Shown here piece by piece: positions 7,188-15,302 of a stretch of DNA of 35,053 nt. Under the pieces are notes generated by a model. That model was not told where the DNA came from. It saw nothing but the letters and a program-made list of their open reading frames with translations, and did no database searches. Within the stretch, counting starts at the first letter, position 1. Every line of letters starts with the position of its first letter. This DNA comes from Candidatus Staskawiczbacteria bacterium (GTDB lineage Bacteria > Patescibacteriota > Minisyncoccia > Minisyncoccales > Staskawiczbacteraceae): NCBI GenBank assembly GCA_943354455.1, contig CALRCB010000002.1, forward strand, positions 1 to 35,053, written 5' to 3'. The position numbers were made by a program, and so were the translations under genes.

Positions 7188-8612
7188 TTATAAAAGCCAC
7201 CTTAATTTTGATGCCCATTTTCCCACAAATACTAATAACAAAACTCTGGTGATAAAAATGGCTGAAAACAAGCTGATAATAATACCTAATGACAGTGTCA
7301 GTGCAAACCCCTTAATAAAAGAAGTAGTAAATAAGAACAAAATTGCACACACGATTAATGAGTTAAAGTTGCTGTCGCGAATAGATGGCCAGGCTCTTTT
7401 AAAGCCCTCTTTAATAGCCACCGATATGTCTTTGCCCAAGCGTAATTCCTCCTTCATTCTGGCAAAAATCAAAATATTGGCGTCAACGGCCATACCAATA
7501 GATAAAATAAATCCCCCAATGCCGGCTAATGTTAAGGTAATGGGAATTAATTTAAATAACGCTAACACAATGGCAACATAAATAATCAGGGCAACAGAAG
7601 CCAAAAGTCCTGGCAACCGATAAAATAACACCATAAATATAATCACCGCCAAAAGGCCATAAATTCCAGCCCACAGTGATTTTTTCAAAGAAACGGCACC
7701 CAACGTTGGACCAACGGTTTCTTGTGATATTGGGCTGCCAATTTTTACCGGCAAAGCTCCTGAATTCAACCTTCTAACAATGTCATTGGCAGTTTTGGTT
7801 GACATATCACCGGTAATAACAGCCGTGCCTCCGGTAATTTTGTCTTGAATAATGGGAGCGTATAAATCACTGCCATCAATTTTTCCATCGCCAGTGGTAT
7901 CAATAATAGAAGAGCCGTCAAGCAAAATCGCCAACGGTTTTTTAATGTTTCTAGCTGTTATGTTTTCGAATAACTTTGCGCCCTCGTTATTAAACTGAAG
8001 TTGGATTTGGGGTTTATAAGTAGTTTGGTCAAAAACAACTGACGCTTTTGATAAATATTTTCCATTTAGTTCAGTTGGCTTTATGTAGGGGTTTTGCAGT
8101 GCCAATGTCCAATCTTTTATCTTGGAAATATCTCCTCCTTTTTCTTGGACCTTTTGCGCTTCTGCTATCTTGTCTAAAATTGGCTTACTTTCGGCTTCTG
8201 ATCTTACTTCGTCAAATTCTAAATACGGGGTTTGGCCAATCATATCAATAGCTTGTTTTACATCTTTTACTCCTGGTAATTCAACCAATAATTTATCCTG
8301 TCCTTGGATTTGGACCACCGGCTCTGAAACGCCAAACAAATTTACTCTTCTTTCTATGACATCGCGAAGCCCAGCCATAGCTGAAGCTTTATCAGTGACC
8401 GTGCTCAAATCGGCTTGGTAAATTAAATTCACCCCTCCATGCAAATCAAGACCAAGCACAAAAGGTTTGTCCCAAAAGTGAGGCAATGTCCAATGAAATT
8501 TATTATTTAGCGAATCAATGCCTTTATTAACATAATTTGGGTAAGCAAAAGTTCCGGCCAGCAAGGCAAGAATAATAACGCCAATAAAAATGAAGTATTT
8601 TTGTTGTATCAC
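7188..8612 (-). CDS. secD: Protein translocase subunit SecD
   Basis: LGLDLHGGV motif, a large periplasmic-type loop, and a C-terminal 6-TM domain. GTG start. Confidence 0.93.
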   Translation of the reverse strand: MIQQKYFIFIGVIILALLAGTFAYPNYVNKGIDSLNNKFHWTLPHFWDKPFVLGLDLHGGVNLIYQADLSTVTDKASAMAGLRDVIERRVNLFGVSEPVVQIQGQDKLLVELPGVKDVKQAIDMIGQTPYLEFDEVRSEAESKPILDKIAEAQKVQEKGGDISKIKDWTLALQNPYIKPTELNGKYLSKASVVFDQTTYKPQIQLQFNNEGAKLFENITARNIKKPLAILLDGSSIIDTTGDGKIDGSDLYAPIIQDKITGGTAVITGDMSTKTANDIVRRLNSGALPVKIGSPISQETVGPTLGAVSLKKSLWAGIYGLLAVIIFMVLFYRLPGLLASVALIIYVAIVLALFKLIPITLTLAGIGGFILSIGMAVDANILIFARMKEELRLGKDISVAIKEGFKRAWPSIRDSNFNSLIVCAILFLFTTSFIKGFALTLSLGIIISLFSAIFITRVLLLVFVGKWASKLRWLL

Positions 8613-8620
8613 AATGCTAT

Positions 8621-8649
8621 ATTCTAGTATGTTTTACAAAAAAACGCAA
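8621..8649 (-). promoter_or_regulatory. Candidate secD promoter (TTGCGT-17-TAGAAT), with the -10 only 8 nt from the GTG start
   Basis: On the minus strand TTGCGT lies at 8649..8644 and TAGAAT at 8626..8621. No SD motif lies between the -10 and the start. Confidence 0.5.
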
Positions 8650-8665
8650 GAATATATATAATATA

Positions 8666-8700
8666 GTAAAAGAAAAAGGCATACTACAATTGAGTATGCC
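8666..8700 (-). terminator. Rho-independent terminator after the HExxH orphan gene
   Basis: GGCATACT-N7-AGTATGCC (8678-8700), followed on the minus strand by TTTTTCTTTT. Confidence 0.75.
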
Positions 8701-8719
8701 CATATTAAATTTGTACTAC

Positions 8720-9589
8720 CTATTTTTTTCTAGATAAAGCGTAATCCATATCTTTTTCCCACCAATCCTTATACGTCGCCTCCACTAACTTAATCTGATA
8801 AGAATGTGCATCTGAACCAAGGCCCATATCAGATGCGATTAATTCACAAAATATTGCCCAAAGGAACTCGCGGTTTTTAATAGCATAAGGGCTTAAAGTA
8901 CTGCCATAACATAAATCTAGTGGCCAACCAATTCTCGGCCCCAATGTTTGCACATGAAAAAGTATCCCAGCCCTACGAGCTGACAAAACACTCGTAACTG
9001 CCTTACCTATCTCTTTTTGATAGTACGCGCCACCAAGAAGAAATGCCAACTTACAATCAAAATGCCACATTCGTAATTCTTCTTGCAAACGTTCTTTTTC
9101 TGTGCGTTTTGCAAAATTATTATTACGACCTTCTTTTTCGGCAACGATAGCATGTCCCGCTTCATGAAGCATAGTACTTGCCATAAAGCGTGGTGTTTCA
9201 AAAGTCTCGGTATTGAGAATAATCATGTGGTTTTGGGGTGCATAAACCGCAAAGCCGATTCTTTCGCGACAATATTCCATATCCGAAGAAAGAAGGGCAT
9301 CCTTAGAGAAAAAAGGGAAAATTGAAAGTTGAACTAAATCATTATTAGCGGGAACGCTCAATCTAATTAATTCAACATCGTTATTCCCAATTAACATAGG
9401 AGATACGATACTACTATGAGATAACAAATAATCTGTGCGCTCAATAGCTTCAGGAAGTATTGCTCGCACCACAGGAAAAGCAACCATATCTTTTACGAGA
9501 ATCATTGTGCTTTCGACGTACTTTAGACGATCATTTTCCATCGCATATAATTTAGAATTTATCCATCGCCGCTTCATTCCTTGAAACAT
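8720..9589 (-). CDS. Hypothetical protein with an HExxH zincin motif (putative metallopeptidase)
   Basis: 289 aa with the motif STMLHEAGHAIVAEKEG and no signal peptide. It has a canonical SD (AGGAG at 9600..9596, 6 nt before ATG 9589) and its own terminator. I do not recognise the family. Confidence 0.6.
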   Translation of the reverse strand: MFQGMKRRWINSKLYAMENDRLKYVESTMILVKDMVAFPVVRAILPEAIERTDYLLSHSSIVSPMLIGNNDVELIRLSVPANNDLVQLSIFPFFSKDALLSSDMEYCRERIGFAVYAPQNHMIILNTETFETPRFMASTMLHEAGHAIVAEKEGRNNNFAKRTEKERLQEELRMWHFDCKLAFLLGGAYYQKEIGKAVTSVLSARRAGILFHVQTLGPRIGWPLDLCYGSTLSPYAIKNREFLWAIFCELIASDMGLGSDAHSYQIKLVEATYKDWWEKDMDYALSRKK

Positions 9590-9653
9590 TCTTTTCTCCT
9601 ATTAAAGGTTTTATTGATGTGTCTTGATTTGGTAATGAACACCCTAATTTTTC

Positions 9654-9682
9654 ATATTTACATAATTTTATTAAATTGTCAA
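9654..9682 (-). promoter_or_regulatory. Candidate promoter of the HExxH orphan gene (TTGACA with a weak -10)
   Basis: On the minus strand TTGACA lies at 9682..9677, with TAAATA or AAATAT 16-17 nt downstream. Confidence 0.4.
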
Positions 9683-9747
9683 TATTTTTCTTGAAATGTC
9701 GCTTTAAATCAAAAACGCCGTATTTTTCGGGGCTTTTGACTCATACA

Positions 9748-10209
9748 CTATAACTTTTCTAAAATCTTAAGCTCTAATTTATCAGTTTCGGTATCATAAA
9801 CAGCAAAACAGGGTTTATACCGTTGCCCGGCCAGTTCCCCCGGATTTACAAATCGACACTTCCCTACCTGTTCTTCCCATGGCCGGTGCGTGTGGCCATA
9901 AAATGCCACATTGTATTTTCCACTTTCCGCCGCTTCCTTTGAAATTTCCGGGTAATGGTTAAAAAATATTTTTTTACCACCTAATTCAATTTCCATTTTT
10001 TCTGGCACATCATGTAAATCATAATCCCCATTTCCGCGGACAAAATGTATTTGGCCTTTAAAATTTTCCCCTGCTTCATTAATAGTGTCTTGGTTACAAA
10101 TATCTCCGCAATGCAACATCACCTCAATGTTTTCATTATTAAGCCAATTTATGACTTTATTAAAATTAGCCATATTGTCGTGCGTATCAGAAACAATTGC
10201 AAATTTCAT
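9748..10209 (-). CDS. YfcE/MJ0936-family metallophosphoesterase
   Basis: Motifs SDTHDN, CGDI, GNGD and GHTH occur in the canonical order; 153 aa. Confidence 0.88.
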   Translation of the reverse strand: MKFAIVSDTHDNMANFNKVINWLNNENIEVMLHCGDICNQDTINEAGENFKGQIHFVRGNGDYDLHDVPEKMEIELGGKKIFFNHYPEISKEAAESGKYNVAFYGHTHRPWEEQVGKCRFVNPGELAGQRYKPCFAVYDTETDKLELKILEKL

Positions 10210-10211
10210 GA

Positions 10212-10673
10212 TTATAATTGTTGATGTAATTCGTGTTCAATAATATGATTATGTTCATCAAAAATAAATTTGCCTTCAAACTTTTTATTGTTTAAAAATA
10301 ACTGCATCCAATATTTATCATCGGCCCACATTTTTTCAAAAGGAATTTCAGTTATAGAAAACCACTGTGGCTTCATTTCTTCGGTTTCCTGTGGTTCACC
10401 CACAAAATCAGTTGCCTTAAAAATATTCACTTCCAAAGCTTCCTCTTTTTTATGTTCCCAAATAAAATTCAATACCCCTATTTTTTCAATACTGTTTACA
10501 CTAATCCCCGCCTCTTCAAATAATTCCCTCCTTGCGCCATCTTCGATCGTTTCATCTTTTTCCACTTTCCCGCCAAAGCCATTCCACTTCCCCATACCAA
10601 ACCCACGCTTTTTAATTCCAAGCAATATTTTGTTATCTTTTTGAATTATTAGCAAAGTAAGTTCTTTTTTCAT
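10212..10673 (-). CDS. Nudix hydrolase, MTH1/NUDT1-like (8-oxo-dGTP diphosphatase type)
   Basis: Nudix box GGKVEKDETIEDGARRELFEEAGI. Long runs are shared with human MTH1 as I recall it: KKRGFG.G.WNGFGGKV, ETIEDGARREL, WF....IPF..MW.DD.YW, KKF.G.F.F. Confidence 0.85.
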   Translation of the reverse strand: MKKELTLLIIQKDNKILLGIKKRGFGMGKWNGFGGKVEKDETIEDGARRELFEEAGISVNSIEKIGVLNFIWEHKKEEALEVNIFKATDFVGEPQETEEMKPQWFSITEIPFEKMWADDKYWMQLFLNNKKFEGKFIFDEHNHIIEHELHQQL

Positions 10674-11552
10674 CTAGCCTTCTATACACTCGTTAAAAAT
10701 ATTAATTTGAATATTATACTGCCCGATAAGATTTTTAGTAGTTTGCGCCAATTGATTGTACTGGGCCACTAAAGTATTATGCTCATTAATTTTTTCATTA
10801 TATTGCGGTGAATTTTTATTAGCATTATCAATTTCTTTTATTTTAACATTTGCGTCTAACGATAATTGGTCTAACGCGACTCTATTGTTTTCAATTTCTA
10901 TTTTTAAATTATTACTTGGGCTTTGACAGACAGAAAGTGGCAACCCAAATTCCTGCACCCCAACCCACGCCGTTTGACCTTTATAAGTTCCCTTGATAAC
11001 CGCCACACCAATTTCAGTAAACCTGTTATTTAAAATGTTTGCTCGATGACCAGGGCTGTCCATCCATTTCTGCACCACTTCGGCTTCATTTTTAAAGTTG
11101 CCCAAAATTAAATTTTCACCCGAAACAATATAGTCATATCCAGCATTTTTTACTAACGTGCCCGGATCAATTCCGCTTGGCGAAACGTGTTCAAAATATT
11201 GGTTTTTAAATAAATCATTAGCTTTGTTTAGGGCAGCTGCATTTAACTTTGCATTTTCAAATAATGGAGGTAATGCGTCACTATTAAACCTCTGCATATT
11301 AGTTTGTGCTATTATTTTGGCTTTAATTAACACAACCGCATTTGACTGTCCACCTATATTTAGTGGTCCAGGTGTCAAAATTTGTTTTTTCACCTGATTA
11401 ATGGAATTAGCCAAATCGGTTTTTTTAAATTGCTCAATATTTTGAGCAGTATTTTTATAAATACCCAAAATGTTATCCCGATAAATAAAACCAATCACCA
11501 ACCCGGCAAATAATAATGTTAGAAATATGATGTACTCAATTTTTTTATTCAT
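10674..11552 (-). CDS. Membrane-anchored CAP/SCP (PR-1-like) domain protein with a C-terminal coiled coil
   Basis: N-terminal TM helix. CAP core GENLILGNF...VVQKWMDSPGHRANILNNRFTEIGVAV. Asn/Gln-rich heptad-like tail. Confidence 0.8.
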   Translation of the reverse strand: MNKKIEYIIFLTLLFAGLVIGFIYRDNILGIYKNTAQNIEQFKKTDLANSINQVKKQILTPGPLNIGGQSNAVVLIKAKIIAQTNMQRFNSDALPPLFENAKLNAAALNKANDLFKNQYFEHVSPSGIDPGTLVKNAGYDYIVSGENLILGNFKNEAEVVQKWMDSPGHRANILNNRFTEIGVAVIKGTYKGQTAWVGVQEFGLPLSVCQSPSNNLKIEIENNRVALDQLSLDANVKIKEIDNANKNSPQYNEKINEHNTLVAQYNQLAQTTKNLIGQYNIQINIFNECIEG

Positions 11553-11987
11553 CTATTTTTTATCTTTTAATAACTTGTATAAATCTCTTATAATCTTTTT
11601 ATCCTCATTAATAAGCATCGGTTCTTTTGCTACTTCATCTTCTGAGAAAAACTTGCCGTACTCTCCTTCCATGACTTTAATTTCTTTTTCAAAATTATCA
11701 CTTACTTTCAAAAAATATGCGTTTGCTGACCAACCAACAACTAACTCACCAGTAAAATCATATTTACCCAAAAATTCTTGTCCTTTTGGATTAAAACACA
11801 ATTCTTCCTTGATCTCTCGATCTAGGGCTTCTTCTGGATTTTCTCCTTCTTCTAGTTTGCCACCGAAGAAAGCAAAATAGCTGGGCAGCACTTTCTTATC
11901 TTTGGAACGTTTTTGCAGATACACAAAAATTTCCTGGTTTTTAATTTTATAAGGGATTAATATCGAAACATCTCGCTTCTTTTGCAT
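11553..11987 (-). CDS. Nudix hydrolase
   Basis: Nudix box GGKLEEGENPEEALDREIKEELCF; 144 aa. Confidence 0.85.
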   Translation of the reverse strand: MQKKRDVSILIPYKIKNQEIFVYLQKRSKDKKVLPSYFAFFGGKLEEGENPEEALDREIKEELCFNPKGQEFLGKYDFTGELVVGWSANAYFLKVSDNFEKEIKVMEGEYGKFFSEDEVAKEPMLINEDKKIIRDLYKLLKDKK

Positions 11988-12019
11988 AAAATCAACGTTC
12001 TAATATTAATTTTTTAATA

Positions 12020-12439
12020 TCATGATTCATTTGATGAAAAATACCTTTTTAGTGCTATGAAACTATTACTTTCATTCTCAAGTTTTTCGTAATCATTTTT
12101 ATCAACCCATTCAAATTTAGTATGTTCACTGCTCAATTTGATTTCCCCCGATACATGTTTGCATTTGAATAATACGATATAGACTTTTTTACCAAAAAGC
12201 TTATGGTTTTTGTTAGAAAACTCAAACCACCAAACAGCAATCGGATCAAAAACTTATATTTCAAAACCCGTTTCTTCTTTCATTTATCTTTTCAAAGAAA
12301 GAATAAGATCCTCTTCCCCTTCTTGTATTTTTCCACCAGGAAAATCAACTCCAAATAATGGGTCAGATAAAATTAACACCTTGCTATCTTTTTCAATGAG
12401 AGCTTTTTGCCCTACATAAAATATTGCTTCGTTTTCCAT
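12020..12439 (-). pseudogene. Nudix hydrolase pseudogene with two in-frame TAA codons
   Basis: Hand translation gives MENEAIFYVGQKALIEKDSKVLILSDPLFGVDFPGGKIQEGEEDLILSLKR*MKEETGFEI*VFDPIAVWWFEF...KRYFSSNES*. The stops lie at 12286..12284 and 12256..12254. There is no frameshift. The first TAA replaces the conserved Glu of the RE.xEE Nudix box. Confidence 0.75.
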
Positions 12440-12440
12440 A

Positions 12441-14873
12441 TTACTTCTTGACTAAATTTTGTTGGTGTTCTTCGCTATTTAACATTCCACATTTTTTGTA
12501 TTTTTTACCAGAACCACATGGACATAAATCATTTCTGCCAACTTCGTCACTCCCCGCAACCGGAAGTGGTGCCTGCTGATGATTATGGGTTTGTAATTCC
12601 GCTTTTAAAATATTGTTGGCAATCATAGAATCAATTTCTTCCAGTAACTGAGTAAACAGTTTTCGGCCTTCGTTTTTGTATTCTACTAGCGGATCTTTCC
12701 CCCCATACGCTCGCAATTTCACTGACTCGCGCATATGTTCCATATTAGACAAGTGATCTTGCCACAAGGTATCAATAACTTTTAGTGAAACAAATTTTAT
12801 AATTTGCACCATTTGATCTTTGCCAGCCTCTAATTCTCTTTTATCAAAAGCTTCCCTTATTAGTCCATATTTTTCAAACGGCAAAATATCAAATGGCTTA
12901 TTCTCTAATATCTCTTTTCGTTTTTTATAAATAATTTCACGGTGTTTGTTCATCACATCATCGTATTCCAAAATGTGGTGACGGGCATCAAAATTAAACC
13001 CTTCAATTTTTTGTTGGGCTGATTCCAATGCTCCAGAAATAATTTTGGCCTGAATTGGTTCGTCATCGGGAACTTTTAACATAGTCATCATTCCCTTTAT
13101 CCTGTCTCCTCCAAAAATTCTCATCAAGTCATCTTCCAGCGAAACAAAAAATTGGCTGGCACCTTGGTCACCCTGCCGGCCGGCGCGACCCCGCAACTGG
13201 TTGTCAATTCTGCGGGCATCGTGGCGCTCGGTTCCCAACACATAAAGACCACCGAGTTCACGAATTTTTTTAGCATCTTCCGGATTGGCTGGGTTTCCTC
13301 CTAAAATAATATCTACTCCGCGGCCGGCCATATTAGTGGCAATAGTTACCGCCCCCATTTTTCCAGCTTGGGCAATAATTTCTCCTTCGCGCTGGTGGTT
13401 TTTAGCATTTAAAATTTGATGTGGAATTCCTGAAATTTCCAAAATTTTTCCCAAATATTCATTACGCTCTACTGACCTTGTTCCAACTAACACCGGCTGA
13501 CCTTTTTGATGCAGTTCTTGAATTTGATTTACTACGGCCTTAAATTTACCTTCTTCGGTTTTAAATATTTTATCAGGAGAATCAATTCTCTGTGGCGTTT
13601 TATTGGTAGGAATGACTACTACTTCCAATTTATACACCTTATCTAATTCTTCAGCCGATGTTAATGCGGTTCCAGTCATTCCGGAAATTTTTTTGTACAA
13701 CCTAAAATAATTTTGAAAGGTAATGGTGGCCAAGGTTACTGATTCGGCCTGAATATTCGCCCCCTCTTTGGCTTCAACCGCTTGATGCAAACCAGAAGAC
13801 CACCTTCGCCCAGGTAACATTCTTCCGGTAAATTCGTCAATAATCATTACTTCGCCACCCTGAACCACATAATCCCGGTCTTTTAAAAATAATGTTTTGG
13901 CTTTTAGTGCTGATTCCAGTTGATGCGTAGTTGAGATATCGTTGTCTTGCCATGGGTCGCTTCCAATTTTTGCCACCACCTTATTTTGCCCTTCTTCCGT
14001 AAAACTAACGGCTTTTAATTTTTCGTCCAAAATATAATCAGTATCTTTTTCCAAATGAGCCACAATTTTGGTAAATTGACGATATTTGTCAGACGCATCT
14101 TCGGCCTGACCGGAAATAATTAAAGGCACGCGCGCTTCGTCAATTAAAATAGAATCAATTTCGTCAACAATCACATAGTTATGACCACGTTGGGCTTGCT
14201 GGCTTAAATCAACTACCATATTGTCGCGCAAATAATCAAAGCCGAATTCGTTATTGGTTCCATAAGTAATATCAGCGCCATAAGCCTCTTTTTTTGTTAC
14301 CGGTTTTAAAAAATTCTCTATCACTTTAAATCCGCCCACTTGGTCACGCTCTTGATCGGTTTGGTTATTTACATGCAAAGCGTCATAAACGTATCCTGAT
14401 TCACCGGTAATGCATCCGGTACTAAGGCCCAGAGCCCCAAAAATCTGCCCCATCCAAATCATATCTCGCTTAGCTAAATAGTCGTTTACCGTAACAATGT
14501 GCACCCCACGGCCTTCCAAGGCGTTAAGATAGGCCGGCAGAGTTGCCGATAAGGTTTTACCTTCTCCCGTTCTCATTTCAGCCACCCTGCCTTGATGCAA
14601 TACCATGCCTCCAATTAACTGCACATCAAAATGGCGCTGGTTTAACACCCTCTTTGAAGCTTCTCTGACGGTTGCAAATGCCTCGGGCAACAGGTCGTCC
14701 AACACTTCCCCTTTTTGTAATCGCTCTTTAAATTCTTTAGTTTTACTTTTTAATTGCTCGTCAGTTAATTTTTGTACATCAGGCTCAAAAGTATTTATTT
14801 TTTCAACCAAAGGTTGCAGGCTCTTTACCTGTTTTTCGTTGGCGTCTCCAAAAATTTTTGAAAATATTGACAT
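12441..14873 (-). CDS. secA: Preprotein translocase ATPase SecA
   Basis: DEAD-motor motifs (MRTGEGKTL, VDEIDSILIDEA, TNMAGRGVDI) and the C-terminal zinc finger CPCGSGKKYKKCG. Confidence 0.97.
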   Translation of the reverse strand: MSIFSKIFGDANEKQVKSLQPLVEKINTFEPDVQKLTDEQLKSKTKEFKERLQKGEVLDDLLPEAFATVREASKRVLNQRHFDVQLIGGMVLHQGRVAEMRTGEGKTLSATLPAYLNALEGRGVHIVTVNDYLAKRDMIWMGQIFGALGLSTGCITGESGYVYDALHVNNQTDQERDQVGGFKVIENFLKPVTKKEAYGADITYGTNNEFGFDYLRDNMVVDLSQQAQRGHNYVIVDEIDSILIDEARVPLIISGQAEDASDKYRQFTKIVAHLEKDTDYILDEKLKAVSFTEEGQNKVVAKIGSDPWQDNDISTTHQLESALKAKTLFLKDRDYVVQGGEVMIIDEFTGRMLPGRRWSSGLHQAVEAKEGANIQAESVTLATITFQNYFRLYKKISGMTGTALTSAEELDKVYKLEVVVIPTNKTPQRIDSPDKIFKTEEGKFKAVVNQIQELHQKGQPVLVGTRSVERNEYLGKILEISGIPHQILNAKNHQREGEIIAQAGKMGAVTIATNMAGRGVDIILGGNPANPEDAKKIRELGGLYVLGTERHDARRIDNQLRGRAGRQGDQGASQFFVSLEDDLMRIFGGDRIKGMMTMLKVPDDEPIQAKIISGALESAQQKIEGFNFDARHHILEYDDVMNKHREIIYKKRKEILENKPFDILPFEKYGLIREAFDKRELEAGKDQMVQIIKFVSLKVIDTLWQDHLSNMEHMRESVKLRAYGGKDPLVEYKNEGRKLFTQLLEEIDSMIANNILKAELQTHNHQQAPLPVAGSDEVGRNDLCPCGSGKKYKKCGMLNSEEHQQNLVKK

Positions 14874-14879
14874 ACCATA

Positions 14880-14908
14880 ACTCTACCTAAAAAGCACCTT
14901 ATTGTAAA
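14880..14908 (-). promoter_or_regulatory. Candidate secA promoter (TTTACA-17-TAGAGT), with the -10 6 nt from ATG
   Basis: On the minus strand TTTACA lies at 14908..14903 and TAGAGT at 14885..14880. ATG is at 14873. It lies directly after the hpf terminator. Confidence 0.5.
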
Positions 14909-14932
14909 CAAAAACCAGTCTTAGCTGGTTTT
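14905..14932 (-). terminator. Rho-independent terminator after hpf
   Basis: AACCAG-N6-CTGGTT (14913-14930), followed on the minus strand by TTTTGTTT. Confidence 0.65.
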
Positions 14933-14943
14933 AATTTTAATTA

Positions 14944-15288
14944 TTAAAAATTTTCTTCTTTTGATTTTCTGGCCAATCGACGAGGTAGTTCAATTTTCTT
15001 TAATTTATATTTTTTCAATTCTATTTCCATTTCTTCTTTTACTTCCGTTATTGCCTTGCCAATTTCTTCATGGGTAGCCTTTGCAATCAACTTTTTACCT
15101 GACAACACCACAATTGCTTCTGCAGAAAATATCTCCCCTTTTTTGTGGTGCAAAGTTTCCCGCTCAATTTCAACAAAAATTTCCGCCTCCGTGTGAAAAA
15201 ACTTATTAAGCTTTCCAATTTTTGCTTGGATAAATTTTTCCAGTGAATCGGTTAATTCAATATTTTTTGTTTTAATAATGATTTGCAT
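14944..15288 (-). CDS. hpf: Ribosome hibernation promoting factor / RaiA family (short form)
   Basis: 114 aa with MQIIIKTKNIELTDSLEKFIQAKIGKL..., typical of the HPF/YfiA N-terminal domain. Confidence 0.88.
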   Translation of the reverse strand: MQIIIKTKNIELTDSLEKFIQAKIGKLNKFFHTEAEIFVEIERETLHHKKGEIFSAEAIVVLSGKKLIAKATHEEIGKAITEVKEEMEIELKKYKLKKIELPRRLARKSKEENF

Positions 15289-15302
15289 GGTCTTATTGTA
15301 TC

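Noticed and set aside
12254-12286. Possibility that the in-frame TAA codons reflect an alternative genetic code or programmed read-through
   Set aside because: Many genes in the window end in TAA exactly where homologues end (for example secA, murB and the 561-aa peptidase). No other gene shows internal TAA. TGA also behaves as a stop (secF), so code 25 is not in use. A pseudogene is the parsimonious reading. Read-through is left as a testable minor alternative.
12210-12419. 69-aa plus-strand ORF from the track
   Set aside because: It lies antisense to the clearly recognisable, though interrupted, Nudix frame on the minus strand.
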